DNA of 64,000 nt from Monocercomonoides exilis PA203 (lineage: Eukaryota > Protista > Preaxostyla): positions 186,001-250,000 of the forward strand of contig LSRY02000017.1 of the NCBI GenBank assembly GCA_001643675.2, read 5' to 3'. Position numbers and translations under genes: made by a program. This document shows positions 51,301 to 64,000 of the stretch, piece by piece (position 1 is the stretch's first letter; every line of letters begins with the position of its first letter). The notes under the pieces are model-generated. The model was given only the letters and a program-made list of their open reading frames with translations, had not been told where the DNA came from and ran no database searches.

Positions 51301-54300
51301 GCAATTCAACTTTAATATTTGTACAGATCCTCCACTTGCACTTATATGTGTATTTCACAGGATTCGCGCTGTCCATTGTATTTATATCGCAATCAATAAG
51401 TTTAAAAATACCGGCTGATGAATGAATGAATAAAGTGCGACTATTTATTGATTCTCCAAGGGTATATGAAATATTTGCGAATGTTGATAAAACATTATTA
51501 CTTATCAATGCATCACGAAACTTGGTACTGCTTGATCTAACCATTAGGGCAATGCTTTTGTCATTTGAATCAATCTCATATGATTCTCTATTTAAAATTA
51601 TTTCTTCATCAAATTCAAATGTTTGAATAAGTCTGATAATACGTTTTGAGTTGGGAAAGCGATATTCACCTGCACTTTCAATTGTTTTACAAGAATAGTC
51701 CGCATAGCCGCACAGTCTAAAATCATGATCATTCAATTTCCCTCCAACATATGCAGGTGATTGAAATGCTCTTAAAAAGAGAATTAGTGGAACAATGTTA
51801 TTCACATTTCGCTTTCAACACCACTCAATTCATTAAAGTCTGCGGCGAAGACACCAAGCTCGGGATCAAATCCAATGGAACTGCCATTTATAATGGATGG
51901 TAAATCATATGCAAAGACGAAAATGTTTTTTCCATGGCATGCTCTATTAGGCATTTCTGAAGAAAATATCTCATTGCTATTTATTGAAAATGAACTTTCC
52001 ATGCTATTCATCATTATCATGATTCCTCCTCCTGCTCCTTTTGTATTTTCATCTTCTGTGTTTTTGCATCCTGCAACACAGCCTCTAAATTTACTCGTTT
52101 CATTTATAATCAAATCGCATTTCTCATTTAATTCAACATATAATCCTCCTCCTTTCCCTCCGTTTTTGTCGATATCAAATGAGAAGCATTTTTCAGCAAT
52201 GCATCCTTCTATAACAATTGATGCATCCATGCTTTGAATATCACTTCCAAGATGACCTTTAATCCATCCGCCTTCGCCATTATTTTTTGTTATTCTTTTA
52301 ATGATACAACTCACAAATACAGCACTTTCAAGATTATCTCCCAGTTCAATAAGCGAAAACTCTCCAAATTCAAATTCTCCTTTTGTTTCAAATTTTTCCA
52401 TTTTCAAAGTCCCTTTCTCAATGCTCAAAAAGCCAAACTCATATTCTGAGGAATCTGTATTTTTTTCACTTATAGGTGGCATTTGATAAATTGAAGATTT
52501 TTTCAGTGAGCAGTTTGTAATCGAAAGTGCATTCCCTAAAAATTCAATCACGCATATAACTGTTTTTTCAAATCTTGTCGGAATTGCAAATTCAATGCAA
52601 TTTATATTGGTAGCTGTTGTTGACTTCAATACACATATCTCGCATCCCGTAATCTCTTTCTTGCATTCCACGTCAACGCTATTTGCATTATTGCTTTTCA
52701 TTGTCACTCCACTCACGTCTACACACCCCATCACAGACGAATTTGAACACACAACAATCTCCTCTTTAACATTTTGTGTTCTCTTCAAATGTTCCATTCC
52801 ATAATTCACATTCAAACATGGCGCTTTCTCCGGCCCACAATATTTCTCTTCCACTCCAGATGTTCCATCCACATATACCAAGTCAGCTTTATATCCATCG
52901 ATAAATATAAACAAGTCCACATCCCAGTCCCCGAATGCATCTGTTCTGTCATGTCCAACAATCGAGTTGTCTTTCTGAGTGATGTTTCTCATGAATCCGA
53001 ACAAGGGCTCTTTCACAAAAGCGACAAGCGACCCACACACAAAATACACATCTCTTCCGACGCTCGCCTTATTCCCCGAAAACATAACATCGGCCATAAC
53101 AAATGAGGTGGCTGACACCAATGAGCCTTCATTGAACTCGATCATAAGTGAACCTCCTCTTCCACCTGTTACACCTGTTGCACCTTCGCTCACTCACTCA
53201 TTCACACAACATCTAGAGCATTTGGTGCTGTTCACAGAAAACGTATTTTCGGGTGTCGATGAAGCGAATGATACGCACCCGCCGTTGGTGGCGATTTGTT
53301 GGTTTTGTTGCGCAGAGGCAATGTTAGTCATGGTGCAGTTGGTGATCACAAGCGACGCTCCAGAAGATGTTGAGGATGAAAGAACGCAACTTTTCCCTCC
53401 GTTCATAAAACTGATATCAATAATATACGATGAGTTTAATTCTAATGCGTCTTTCATTGAAAACAGTTGGAAAATATTTACGTTATCGAGAACAAAAGAG
53501 GAAATATTTGTTTCTTTAATCTTGATTGATCCTTCAGTGACAACAAACAATGGAGATGAGATGGGAGAAAATCCAATAAGATCTCTCCCGATCACAATTG
53601 TCATCAGTGCTAGCGAGCCTATTTTTGAGTGACTTCAAACAAAACCGGCGTTGGAGTATTCAAAGAGTTGTGAGCAATGTTTGCGCAGGAGATACACACA
53701 GTTCCTGAAGAGATCGAAAAAATTACGGACAATGTTGATGAAACAGAAGATGGTGGGATTGAAGATGAAAAGATGATCGTGTTATTTGTGCCATTTCCAA
53801 CCACATCAACAACACGCCTCCCGAAGTTCATTGACTTCATTGGGACAAAAGAAGATTTTGTGAGCATTATTGTTCCATTTGAAAAAAGCCAACTTGCTGA
53901 ATCGCATATTCAATTGAAGCGCATTTGTTTTCTTCTGATCTTCCACACCCATCAAAATTTGTTCCGCCATTCCCAACAATGGTTATATTTGCGACAAAAG
54001 GAATCCAACTGTTAATTGTTGAACTGTTTGAACTGTTATTTCGGCAAATTCTTTGAGATAAAGATGTTGATCCGCATTCACTAAATGGAGATTCGGTAAT
54101 GCTATCTTTATGCAAATAAACATCATTGCCTTTTCCATTAGCAGCAAAATTTCTATCAAAAAAGCAAAATACGATAAACTTCAAACCACTCATCCATCCT
54201 AAAGTTGCTGTTAAACTCAAGCCACTCCCTCCATATGAAGTGCACGATACTAATTTGTTGTTGGCAAATCTGCATTCTTCTAAAAGAAACTCCTGTGTCT

Positions 54301-55594
54301 TGCATGAAGGAGGCCAATTAAACGTTACTGCACCAGTGGCATCATTTCCTGTATTCGAATTGCATTCACATTCAACAAACAAAAAATACCCCGTCGACTC
54401 CATTTTGTCCAACCAAAAATATCATCCAGTTCCATACGTTCCAGAGATTGAACATTTCTCAACTCTATTTTCAATCAATGACCATTTTGAATATTTTGCT
54501 GGATTCCACATTTCAACTGCTCCTCCATGTGCCGCAGAGCATTCTGAAAAGTTGCATTTCTTTATAAGGACAGTATTTGAGCCATTGCAATTAACGGCGC
54601 CTCCTTCCTTATTACTTGAAACATTTCCAAACGAACAAGATAATATTGACCGATTTGCTCCTGGACATGATATGGAAATGGCTCCTCCGTTGTTATCTCC
54701 TCCATTCACATTTAACCATTCACACCATTCAAATTGATGGCTATTCTCATCGAATGAAAACTGCCTTCCTGGTTGTTTTCTTTGTGTCTCTCCCCCAATA
54801 AATATCACTGCCTCGTTCCTTATTCGCTTGCAACAATCAAAAGATGTGTTTAATAGTGTGAAATATGATGATTGAATATCGCATGATCTAACTATTCCTC
54901 CGTCAAGTGCATTATCAACGGAACTGAAAGAACAAGATTTCAAAAATGTTAAAGATGACGAACTGTCGTTTTGAAACTTTCTTTTCATTGAAGATGATAT
55001 ATTCCGAAAAAACGAAGATTGAATAACATGATTGGAATTGGACCAAGAATTCAAAAACAGTGTGTATAACAATTTTTTATTTGACATGGTTGTGTCCAAA
55101 ATGAGTATTGCATGATACTGATTTTTGTTTGCATTCATTTGAATATTTTCTGAAACCAAAGGATTCAAGCAATTATCATCATTTTTTGAAATGAGTGTTG
55201 CATTTATGATATAAAGATTGCAATTAATGCAATGAAATTCACTTATCTCATTTTGTCCTCTAAATACAATAATGCATGAAATCACGCTAAGCGCGCTTTT
55301 CCTTTCTTCAACCAAATATCTATTCTCGCTTGTTGATTTCATCTTGACTTCTTTCAAGCACACTGATGCATTAATTGTTATTATCTTTGTTTCTACAAAT
55401 CCAATATCATCATTATTTAACTGTCTTTTGTTATCTTCTGTTATTTTACAATTATTCAAAAAGTCGAAATGTTTTGATGTTTCACACAAGTTTTCTGAAA
55501 TTCTTTTGTCGTATCTTCTTTCTTGAATTTTTAATAAAGAATTGTAATGCTCGCAATTAAGTTTTATAAAAATAACAACGAACACTGCTGACAT
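42309..55594 (-). pseudogene. Giant beta-helix receptor-pseudokinase, disrupted (right copy)
   Basis: Reverse complement of 24580-37861. It shares the stops and most frameshifts and differs at homopolymer-length sites. Confidence 0.85.
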
Positions 55595-56352
55595 TTCATT
55601 TGATTTTTGAAGCAAAAAAAATAATAGCTACGATCTCTTTTTTTAATGCATTGTCAAATTCTTTGTTTTATTTGATGTTTCATCTTGAAACCAATGGGCA
55701 TGAATAGCATTCTTCAATAATCTGGCTTTTCATTCAGAGCAAAAAAGAATTTTTATTTATTTTTTTTTTTAAAGAACAAGATTATGAAACATTTTATAAT
55801 CCGAACTCATATGGAATAAATCCTTTTTGAAAAGGAAGAGTGATTGAAAATTTTTGCAATTAAATATGGTGCAATTTTTTTTCTTCATTTTTGAGAAAAA
55901 CTGCAAGTTGTTCTGAGATTTTTTTTGTTTGACTTCATTATATGTCAATCTTACTGGCGAGAAAAAAACATGATAATATTATAAAAGATGTTGTTATTTT
56001 TAAAATAAATTCAAAAATTAATGAAATAAAATGAAAAAATGAAATAAAATAATTAACTTTTTAAAATAAATTAACGAATCCTTGGGTGGAAATTGTTTTT
56101 ATCTGTTTTATAATGTGTCACATTATGATCTTAAGTTTTTCATTGACTCAGACTTGCAAGGTTCAAATAACAAACGATTTAACAATAGATATTATTCTGG
56201 ATTTGCGTGAATATTTCTCAAACTTAAATTTCAAAAATGAAGAAATAAAATATCTGATATTTATTACGAAACATTTTCAAATATTGAAATTTTTTTCTCA
56301 TATTGATCAATCACAATATTATTTTATTTTTTGAATTGTATTTTGGAAAATA

Positions 56353-59300
56353 ATGACGGAACAGTTATTTTACGATATGTATGCCCCTACCCATTTAAAA
56401 GAAGCGCAAAAATCAATTAAATCAAATATTTATAACATGAAAGCTTGGATTATTCTTTTGAATGATGCATCTTCATTATCTGCATACGATGTGGAAAGTT
56501 CTCGACGTATTTTTGCTTTTTTTCTTCGAATATTTCCAACAGCAGGTAAATATTGGAAAAACTACATTGAACTTGAATGGAGAGAAAAGAAATTTGAACA
56601 AGTTGAGATAATATTTCAACAATGTCTTGTTCATGCTACATATGTTCCACTATGGGAATGCTATATCCGCTACATAACTGAAATAAAACATGTTAGCAAA
56701 CCTGAAAGAGTGGCCGCATATGAAGAAGCTCTTCGTCAAGTTGGATTTGACATTTATTCAAAACCACTTTGGAAAGGATATCTTAGCTTATTACGTCAGG
56801 AAAATGAAATGCAGCCGCATTTGGCAGAACTAATCAGAAAAGTGTATCACAGAGCATTATCAACACCCATGGTTGGAGGCGAAGAATTTAAATCCCAATA
56901 TGAAGCATGGGAACGCTCAATAGATCCAAAAGCCGCAATACCACTTCTGCATGAATGTTCTCATCGTTTCCGTTTGTCAAACATTCATCTGAACAGAAGA
57001 ATGACATTGGCTCACGGACTTGCCATTGCAGCATTACCGCTTAAGCCAATGAACACAGAAGCTGAAAAAGAACAATTATTTCTTTGGCGCCGTTTAATTG
57101 CATTTGAAGAATCTAATCCATGTGGCTTTGACGCCATCACTCTTAGGAATAGAGTATCATTCACTTTCCGAATGGCACTTCAGCCGCTTTTCTTTTTTCC
57201 TTCGATGTGGCTTATGTATGCACAATTTTTGATAACATGCGGCTGTTTAGATGATGCAAATACGGTGTTTTTGAGGGCCACAGAAGCGCTACCATCCACT
57301 CCTCTTATTGCATTCGCGCATGTTGATATGTTGGAAACATACGGTTATTTGAAGCCTGCAAGCGAAGTATTGCTTCGTCTAATCATGCGGCTTAGCCAGC
57401 AGAGCACAGTTCCAGCTGTTGCCGTTCAACACATTCGAGGATTGACACTTGCATTTATCCAGCTGCAGCGATTTTTGAAGAGGACTGAAGGAACAGAGGC
57501 TGCTCGGAGTGTGTTTGTGAGCTCTCTGAAAGCATTGGCCGTTCAACGTCCTGAAAAGCCTACATCGGACTCCGATTTTGCGCTGGTTGAGCTGTTTGAG
57601 CCATCAAACAAAGAAAATCCGTTGATTTATTTGTTTTTTGCAGCGATAGAAATAGAAATATATCAGAATGATTCACGGCGGACTGCAAGAGCCTTGTACG
57701 AGATGGGGGAGCAAGAGGTCTTTCACTACAGGAACGCTCTATTTGTCACTGAGCATGCGAAATTCCTTGCGGAGCAGATTGGCGACGAAGAAGGCGCACG
57801 AATGGTGTTTGAGGCATTTCTTGCTGAAAGAGAGCAAACAGAAACAGAAGGAGAGCTTGAAAACATTGAAGAAACAGGAAAAAACGATGAAAAGAACAAC
57901 GATGAAAGCATCTTGGGTTCAATTAAGATGGAGCTCGACGAAAAGCCGATCCCTATTCATTCAACACTCGGAACATTGACTGATTCAGAAGAGAAGTCTG
58001 CTCAGAAGTTAGAGAAAAATAGCGAACAAGCGCTTCCGCAAAGGAAAAGAAAGCCGAAAAGCAAAGAGAATGCTTTCGAGTTGCTTAATGTTTTGAGCGA
58101 GTATTTTGCACTTGAAAAGAAGTTGGGGAACATGGAGCAGATGAAACGCTTGCAGAAGAAGCTGAGCATGGCAGAGACAGCATTCAAAGCCAGAGAAGAG
58201 AAGGAGAAGAGGAAAAAAGAGCTTGAAAAAGTTGCAGAAGAAGAAGAAAAAGATGCAGATGAATCAAGCAGTTCGATGGATATCGACAGCAGCTCAGAAG
58301 ATCTGTCTGGAGCAGACGCAGTCCGAAATCAAAGCAATCAGAAGAAGCAAAAGAAGAGCAAGAAAGGTAAAGGTGCCACTGACAAAATGCGTCAGATTCC
58401 TTCTCAAGATTTTGAAGAGGGGGATGCTGATGATGAAGATGCTGAGCATCTGCTGCCGTCTGTTGGCATTGGCCGGCGATTGGTGCAGCAGTACCAGTTT
58501 ATGGGATTGTCGCCTTGCAGCGAAGAAGAGTTTGCGATGATGGATGTTTCTCGGATGCTGAGGCAAAGGCAGAAGGAGAGGAAGGAGCAACAGAGGCTGA
58601 TTGAAAGGATGCTGAGGGCAGATGGCAGAGAGAACAGAGAAGGAAGCGAAGCAAAAGGAGGGAAAGACGGAAAAGCGAAGAAAGATAAGAAAAGCGGAAA
58701 CAAAAGCGATTCGGAACAGTCATCTTCGATTTTTAGATCATACTCTGCACTCTCATCAGCGTCCCAATCTCATTCAGCGCTTTTACAGTGTCCGTCTTTG
58801 GCTCCATTCGATCCTCAGTCTAATTCCAAGCGACGTGTGACAGTCAACGACGATGGAATGTGGGACTGGGATGCAGAACTGACAGAGGCAGAGGAGGCTT
58901 GGAAGAGGAAGAACGAAGGAAAGAAGATGATCGAGATAATTGACGATGAGGGAGACGAAGAAGGAGGGAAGGATGGACTGAACTTGGTGATGAAAGAGAT
59001 GCAGCTGTTGAAGAGCAGAGGCGTGTTGGGCAGCAAATATGACAGCATAAAAATGGATGTGGAAGAAATAGCAGACAAAAACAAAAGCAAAAACAAAAGC
59101 AAGATGAGCAGCGAAAAAGGAGTCCAAGCTAATGCAGTTGATCCGATCTCGGCTGTTCCGTTCACAATCAAATCGTCCACTTCCTTTTATTCGATTTCTT
59201 GTTCTGTGAATACTCCCTTTGCTGTGTGCGCCTGGAGTGCAAATGCACTAAGACAAAGGATTATGAACTACACTAATCCGATGCCTTCTTCTCTTGTTGT

Positions 59301-60559
59301 GTATCGCCCTGATCTATTCACGCAACATCTGAATGCTGTCGAAGAGGCCAGAAAAGGTGTGAAAGATCGATTTTTGCTTATTTTGTTTCATTCGAACGTT
59401 ATATTTTTTTTCTGATTTATTTGTTTTGTTACGTTCATTGTATAATCCATCATTATTCACAGATAAAAAAACCGATCCGTTAACACTTCAATTCCCAGGG
59501 CAAACAGAAACATTGGAGAAATTGCAGCAATCAAAACACGCCAGCCAGACTGATAAGCCCGACTCTCAAGATAGTTCCTCGTTGGCATACAGAACGCCTG
59601 TTCCTTTGAATGTCACGAAGAGTCCATCAGATGCCACTTACAGCCAAAAGGATGTTGTGACTGCACTTCAGAAGGCTGTTGTGATTTCTGGTGTCGTTGC
59701 TCAGCATCCTCTCCAGCCGCCTCTTATCTTTCCTGTCTCAACATATCTGCTCCCTTCTTCGTCTTCTTCTTCTTCTTCTTCTTCTTCGTTGTCGTCTTCA
59801 TCACCTGCATCTGAATCCAATTCGCCAGCTTCTTCCAATTCTCCTTCGTCTCCATCTTCTTCACATGCCTCTTCCCATCCCATCACTTCCATTCCAGATT
59901 GCGCTCAACGTCTGCTCAATGTCATTCCGTCTTTCTCTTCTTATTGCGGTGCCATTCCATCGCCAGAGATGGCAATGTTGTGTGTGTTGCAGACGGACCT
60001 GACACGCATTTCACAGAAACTTGGAGAGAAAAATAGAGAATCTATTTCATCATCATCATCATCATCAGCTTCTTCTTCCATTTCATCTGTTTCTTCAGCT
60101 GTTAAATCTTCTCCTGCTGATAGCATTTCAAAGGAAGCACGCTCAATCTCTTCATTTCCATCAGCAACTTATTCAACTTCCACTTCTCCTTCGACTTTGC
60201 CAGTTTCATCTTCATCCTCCACAACATCTTCTGCGTTTGCTCTTCAAAATCCGGCGTCTTCTCCACAAACGATGCTTTCTGCACAAGCTCGCTCTTTGTA
60301 CCTTTCTGGCAATTCAGACAGAGTTTCGAAGGATCCAATTGAAATCAGCGAAGTTTCGGCAGTGCAACCCGCACGTATCTCGACAGCACTGCCAGGCTAT
60401 CAGCCATCAGACAGTCAAAATACGAATCGTCCTCTTGCTTCTCCATTCACTTCATCTGCTTTGTCCCAACCTGCTGCAACCGCTGGACAAATACCTAAAC
60501 GGACTTCTTTTTCTCGCGATTTTTTCCCTCCATTTTCAAAACCACCAAACTCAATTTAG
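56353..60559 (+). CDS. CSTF3: Cleavage stimulation factor 77 kDa subunit / Rna14 (HAT repeats), one intron
   Basis: N-terminal HAT repeats AWIILL..RIFAFFLRIFPTAGKYWKNYIELE..FEQVEIIFQQCL..LWECYIRYI and LWRRLIAFEESNP..RVSFTF. Phase-1 intron 59357-59462 joins the two ORFs in frame. Confidence 0.85.
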
Positions 60560-60924
60560 CATAACAAATCAGTTGAATACAACCTTTATCGCTTATTCTC
60601 ATTGAAAAAATCGTATAACTTAAATGATTGATTTTCTCTTTTATCATAGTTAATTCGGACGACAATTTTTCATTTCACTCACTTCACTTTTTCAATTCTT
60701 ATTTTGTGAATATTTTTTTTTCAGGTGAACGAAAATTTTTATAACAAAAATAAATTTTTTTCTAAGCAACACAAAGAAATAGAATTTTAAATAATTTTAA
60801 ACTTGAAAACAATCACTTTGGTTTGCTGGGCAATATGAGAAAATGAAAGGGAGAACAAGGAGATTTTTTGAACTTTTTTCCTTTTTAAGTAATTATGTAT
60901 GCGATCGTTAAGTCACAAAAAAAG

Positions 60925-62052
60925 ATGGCCTATAGAGTGGTGTTTCTTGGGGAAGGTTGTATTTTTCAAATTGCATTTTTTCTAATGTGTTCATTTTTGT
61001 TAAATTTTTTACGCTCCTGCAAATAATTTTTGATTACAACTTTTTAATCATATTTTTTCAATTTTTCATAATGAAACCGTTATTTCAAATTTACCGAAAT
61101 AAATTCGAAAAGGTCGTGTTGGGAAAACATCTCTCATCATGAAATATGTAAAAAATGTTTTTACTGACAAGCAAGAATCAACAACTGAAGCACAGAACTT
61201 TCGACAAAACGTTAAAGTTGATGATGTTGTTGTTCCACTTGACATTTGGGTATGAAATCAAGCGCAATTATTATAGTTGAAAGAAGTTATTTGATGTTTT
61301 TGCTTGTCTTTAAAATTTTGCAACAAATTTTTCATTTTTTTTTTCTTTTAGGATACAGCTGGACAAGAAAGATATCACTCGCTTGGACCAATCTACTATC
61401 GAGATGCAAAGGGTGAAACATCTTTTATTTTTAAGTTTAGTTCATCTACTCTTATTCCTTCTTTTCTTATATTTTAGGTGCAATACTTGTCTATGATATA
61501 ACTGATATTGACTCCTTTGTGAAAGTGAAAAAGTGGGTTAAAGAACTTCACGCAATGGTTGGAACAAATATCGCAATTGCTATATGCGGAAATAAAATTG
61601 ATAGAGAGAGGGAAAAAGTTGTTGATCTTTCAGAAGCTGAAGCGTTTGAAATCAAAAACTTATTTTTTTGAAATATTTTTTATGCAAAATCATAAATTTT
61701 TATATATGCAGATATGCCTCAAGTGTTGGAGCAGTTCATTTCACAACATCGGCCAAAAGCGGAAAAGGAGTTCAAGAAACTTTCACATACGTGGCACGAG
61801 GTTTAATTGTTTTGTTTAATTTCAAAGGAATATTTTTTCTTATGATTACTACAAAATATTAAATGTCAAATAATTTCTATTTTATTTCTATTCTGTTGTG
61901 TTTATTATTGCTTTGAAAATTTTGTCATCTATTGTTGTTTAGAAATTAAAAAGAAGGATAAGACTGGCGGACCAGCTTCAAGTGCTGGAACAGGCTTAAA
62001 AGTTGGATTAAGAGAAGATCCTCCTGCAAAATCATCAGGATGCTCTTGCTAA
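60925..62052 (+). CDS. RAB21: Rab21-like small GTPase, 6 exons
   Basis: Spliced product [84 protein letters not shown] and WVKEL are Rab21-type; CXC prenylation end. Confidence 0.9.
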
Positions 62053-63522
62053 GAAGTTATGTTTGCACACAACCACCTCAATCACATCCTCTATATTCAA
62101 TCCTAAATTAAAGTTAATAACTCTTTCTTTAATTCTGAAATGCTGATTTGGCTAATTCTTGTTATTAATCTTTTATAAAATGCCTGCAATCAATCCAATA
62201 TTTTGTTTGAAGATCTTTTGAGGGAATTTCTCCTTCTCCAATTTAATATCCTCTGACTTGGATTCAGTTTCGTTGAAACGTTTTCAAGGACAGGCATCTT
62301 GAGACATTTATTTCCTGTCAATTTTTGTGCTTTTAATTATCAAAAGCGCATTTATCAATTTTTTCACTTCTGAAATCACAATATTTACAAAGAGAATGCA
62401 AAATTTTAGTCAAAGTACTTGGAAAAATTAAAAAAGATTCTTAAAATGTTTAATATAAAATTATATTCACTCTATTCAACTCCATTTTTTATTAATTCAT
62501 TCATATTGACTTTTCAATTTTGTTCATTGATTGATTTGTCGAAAAACATTTATGGAAATGAGAATTTTTGGTCCAGCCTTTTTTATGAAAAGAATGCTAA
62601 TTGACCAACAAGTTAAGAACTGCAAATAATTATTGTTTCGCAAAGCGTTTACACGTAGCACAACATACTTTCGAAAGAGATTGAAAACAGTGTTGCATGT
62701 CAATCCAAAACAAAACGAATAATAATTTGTGAAATATCATAACAAGTCGGTTACTATAGGTTGACAACCTGGGAGGTCGTGGAAAACCTTGTTGTTAAGA
62801 ACAATCTGTAACGTCAAGTTCTTTCTTCATTCTGGAACAATAATTTTTTTATTTTTCCATTCGAATTATGTTCTTCAAATTTTAGAGTTTATATGGGGGA
62901 AATTTCGGACTTTCAAGCTTTTTTTTGCACAAGGCATTGAAAAATTGCTTCATTCATAACTATGTTCCGCTTTCTCAGACTTCAATAAAAATTTGAGTTT
63001 CATATCCGTAAACAGGTGTCATTGAAATCAAAACATAAAGTGTTGTGACATTTCACGAATGTCAAAAAATGGACCAATTATTTGTGTTTTTTGACCTCAA
63101 AAAGTCAATGAAAAGTGCAAAATTTTTTCAATGAAAATGCCTGGAAAAAAATATTTTGCCACATATGAAAATGAAAACGAACAGATGTTACATATTATTT
63201 ATTGATAGCTATTGATAAAAATTGCTTGATAAGTTTTGATTGATAGAAGAACAAATTTTTTCAAAAAAAAATCAGATTGGATATTTAAAATGAAAAAACA
63301 ATTTTTATTTCTGTGTTTTTCTCATATACTCTGAATTTGAATTATCGTCTGTAATTCTGCTTTTGAGCAAACTTCGCTTGGTTCTGAGATCATTTGTTTC
63401 AGTTTCTTTGTATTTAACACACAAATTATTTCATTTCCGTGCATTAAAATCATCATCTGTCAAAATTTGAAAGAAAAGTTCATTTTGTTTTATTTTCAAA
63501 TTAAATAAAAATTTCATATTTC

Positions 63523-63587
63523 GATTAAGCCTGGGTGACGTGAAGAAAAAAATTGTCACGTCCGTCACCAATTTTCCACTTTTCAAG

Positions 63588-63627
<40 letters not shown>
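63523..63627 (+). other. Short A-tailed segment flanked by an 8-bp direct repeat (possible retroposed insert)
   Basis: catatttc at 63515-63522 and 63628-63635. ~40 A at 63588-63627. Internal ggtgacg..cgtcacc hairpin. Confidence 0.35.
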
Positions 63628-63628
<1 letters not shown>

Positions 63629-64000
63629 ATATTTCATTTAGGAAAGAACTATTGAAATTAGAAGTTTATAAATAAATGATTTCAAATTACGTCTTTTTGT
63701 TATTTAAAGTGATTGATCGAAATATCCCATAACAATATGATTCACAAAACAAATCTAATCATACTTTGATATATTTCAGTTAAAGAACATAGATTCTCAA
63801 TGGAATTGTATGAGCATTGCTACGTTCATGAATGTAGTGAGATTTAATTGCTTCAATACTTTTCCTTCAACTTTTTATTTATTCAATTAGATAAACGAAA
63901 GTTGCGTTGTTTTCAAAAAATAATAGTTTGTTTAAAGCTCAGAAATTTAACGCCATCAAATAATGCAGCAGTGTGTGGCTGTTGATATTTTTGAATTCTT

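Larger units (their letters stand above)
24365..55809. repeat. Giant palindrome: two ~15.6-kb inverted arms (24365-39993 and 40172-55809) with a 178-bp spacer
   Basis: ORFs are mirrored throughout (e.g. 24559..25752+ / 54422..55615-, 39732..39986- / 40179..40433+). Ends tgagttcggattataaaatg / cattttataatccgaactca. Flanks are unrelated. Confidence 0.97.

Noticed and set aside
24365-55809. Polinton/Maverick, virus or linear plasmid with long TIRs
   Set aside because: No pPolB, integrase, ATPase or capsid gene is visible, and the inverted repeats make up essentially the whole unit.
24365-55809. Simple fold-back read artefact as the sole explanation
   Set aside because: Not excluded but disfavoured: the sequence resumes in a different unique flank after the second arm, and the axis has its own substitution-diverged inverted repeat. 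Read-level confirmation is needed.
24349-55825. Target-site duplication flanking the giant palindrome
   Set aside because: The best match is 6/9 in AT-rich DNA, which does not fit arms that are otherwise essentially identical.
62150-63100. Possibly decayed coding sequence on the minus strand
   Set aside because: No sustained frame or recognisable motif.
1-64000. CRISPR arrays, rRNA or tRNA genes
   Set aside because: No repeat-spacer array or recognisable structural RNA was seen.

Overview
AT-rich, intron-containing eukaryotic DNA in the standard genetic code (genes end in TAA, TAG and TGA). Gene style and the giant beta-helix/pseudokinase receptor family suggest an oxymonad such as Monocercomonoides (inference). 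The dominant structure is a ~31.4 kb palindrome: arms 24365-39993 and 40172-55809, a 178-bp spacer, and unrelated single-copy flanks. Each arm carries a ~13.3 kb broken gene for a ~4400-aa type I membrane receptor (nine Cys-capped beta-helix modules, a TM helix, a pseudokinase) and two Merlin/IS1595-type DDE transposase relics. The axis is a ~240-bp MITE-like foldback element whose terminal repeat recurs at 2.7-4.4 kb. The 14 arm differences I could locate are all homopolymer or dinucleotide length changes. Flanking genes are a spliced RRM-RRM-SURP-CID (U2SURP-like) gene, an NPF-repeat RanBD gene, an hnRNP R/Q-like 3-RRM gene with a huge low-complexity tail, POT1, a small D-box protein, CstF77/Rna14 and Rab21. 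The first 4.5 kb holds several more foldback/MITE elements.
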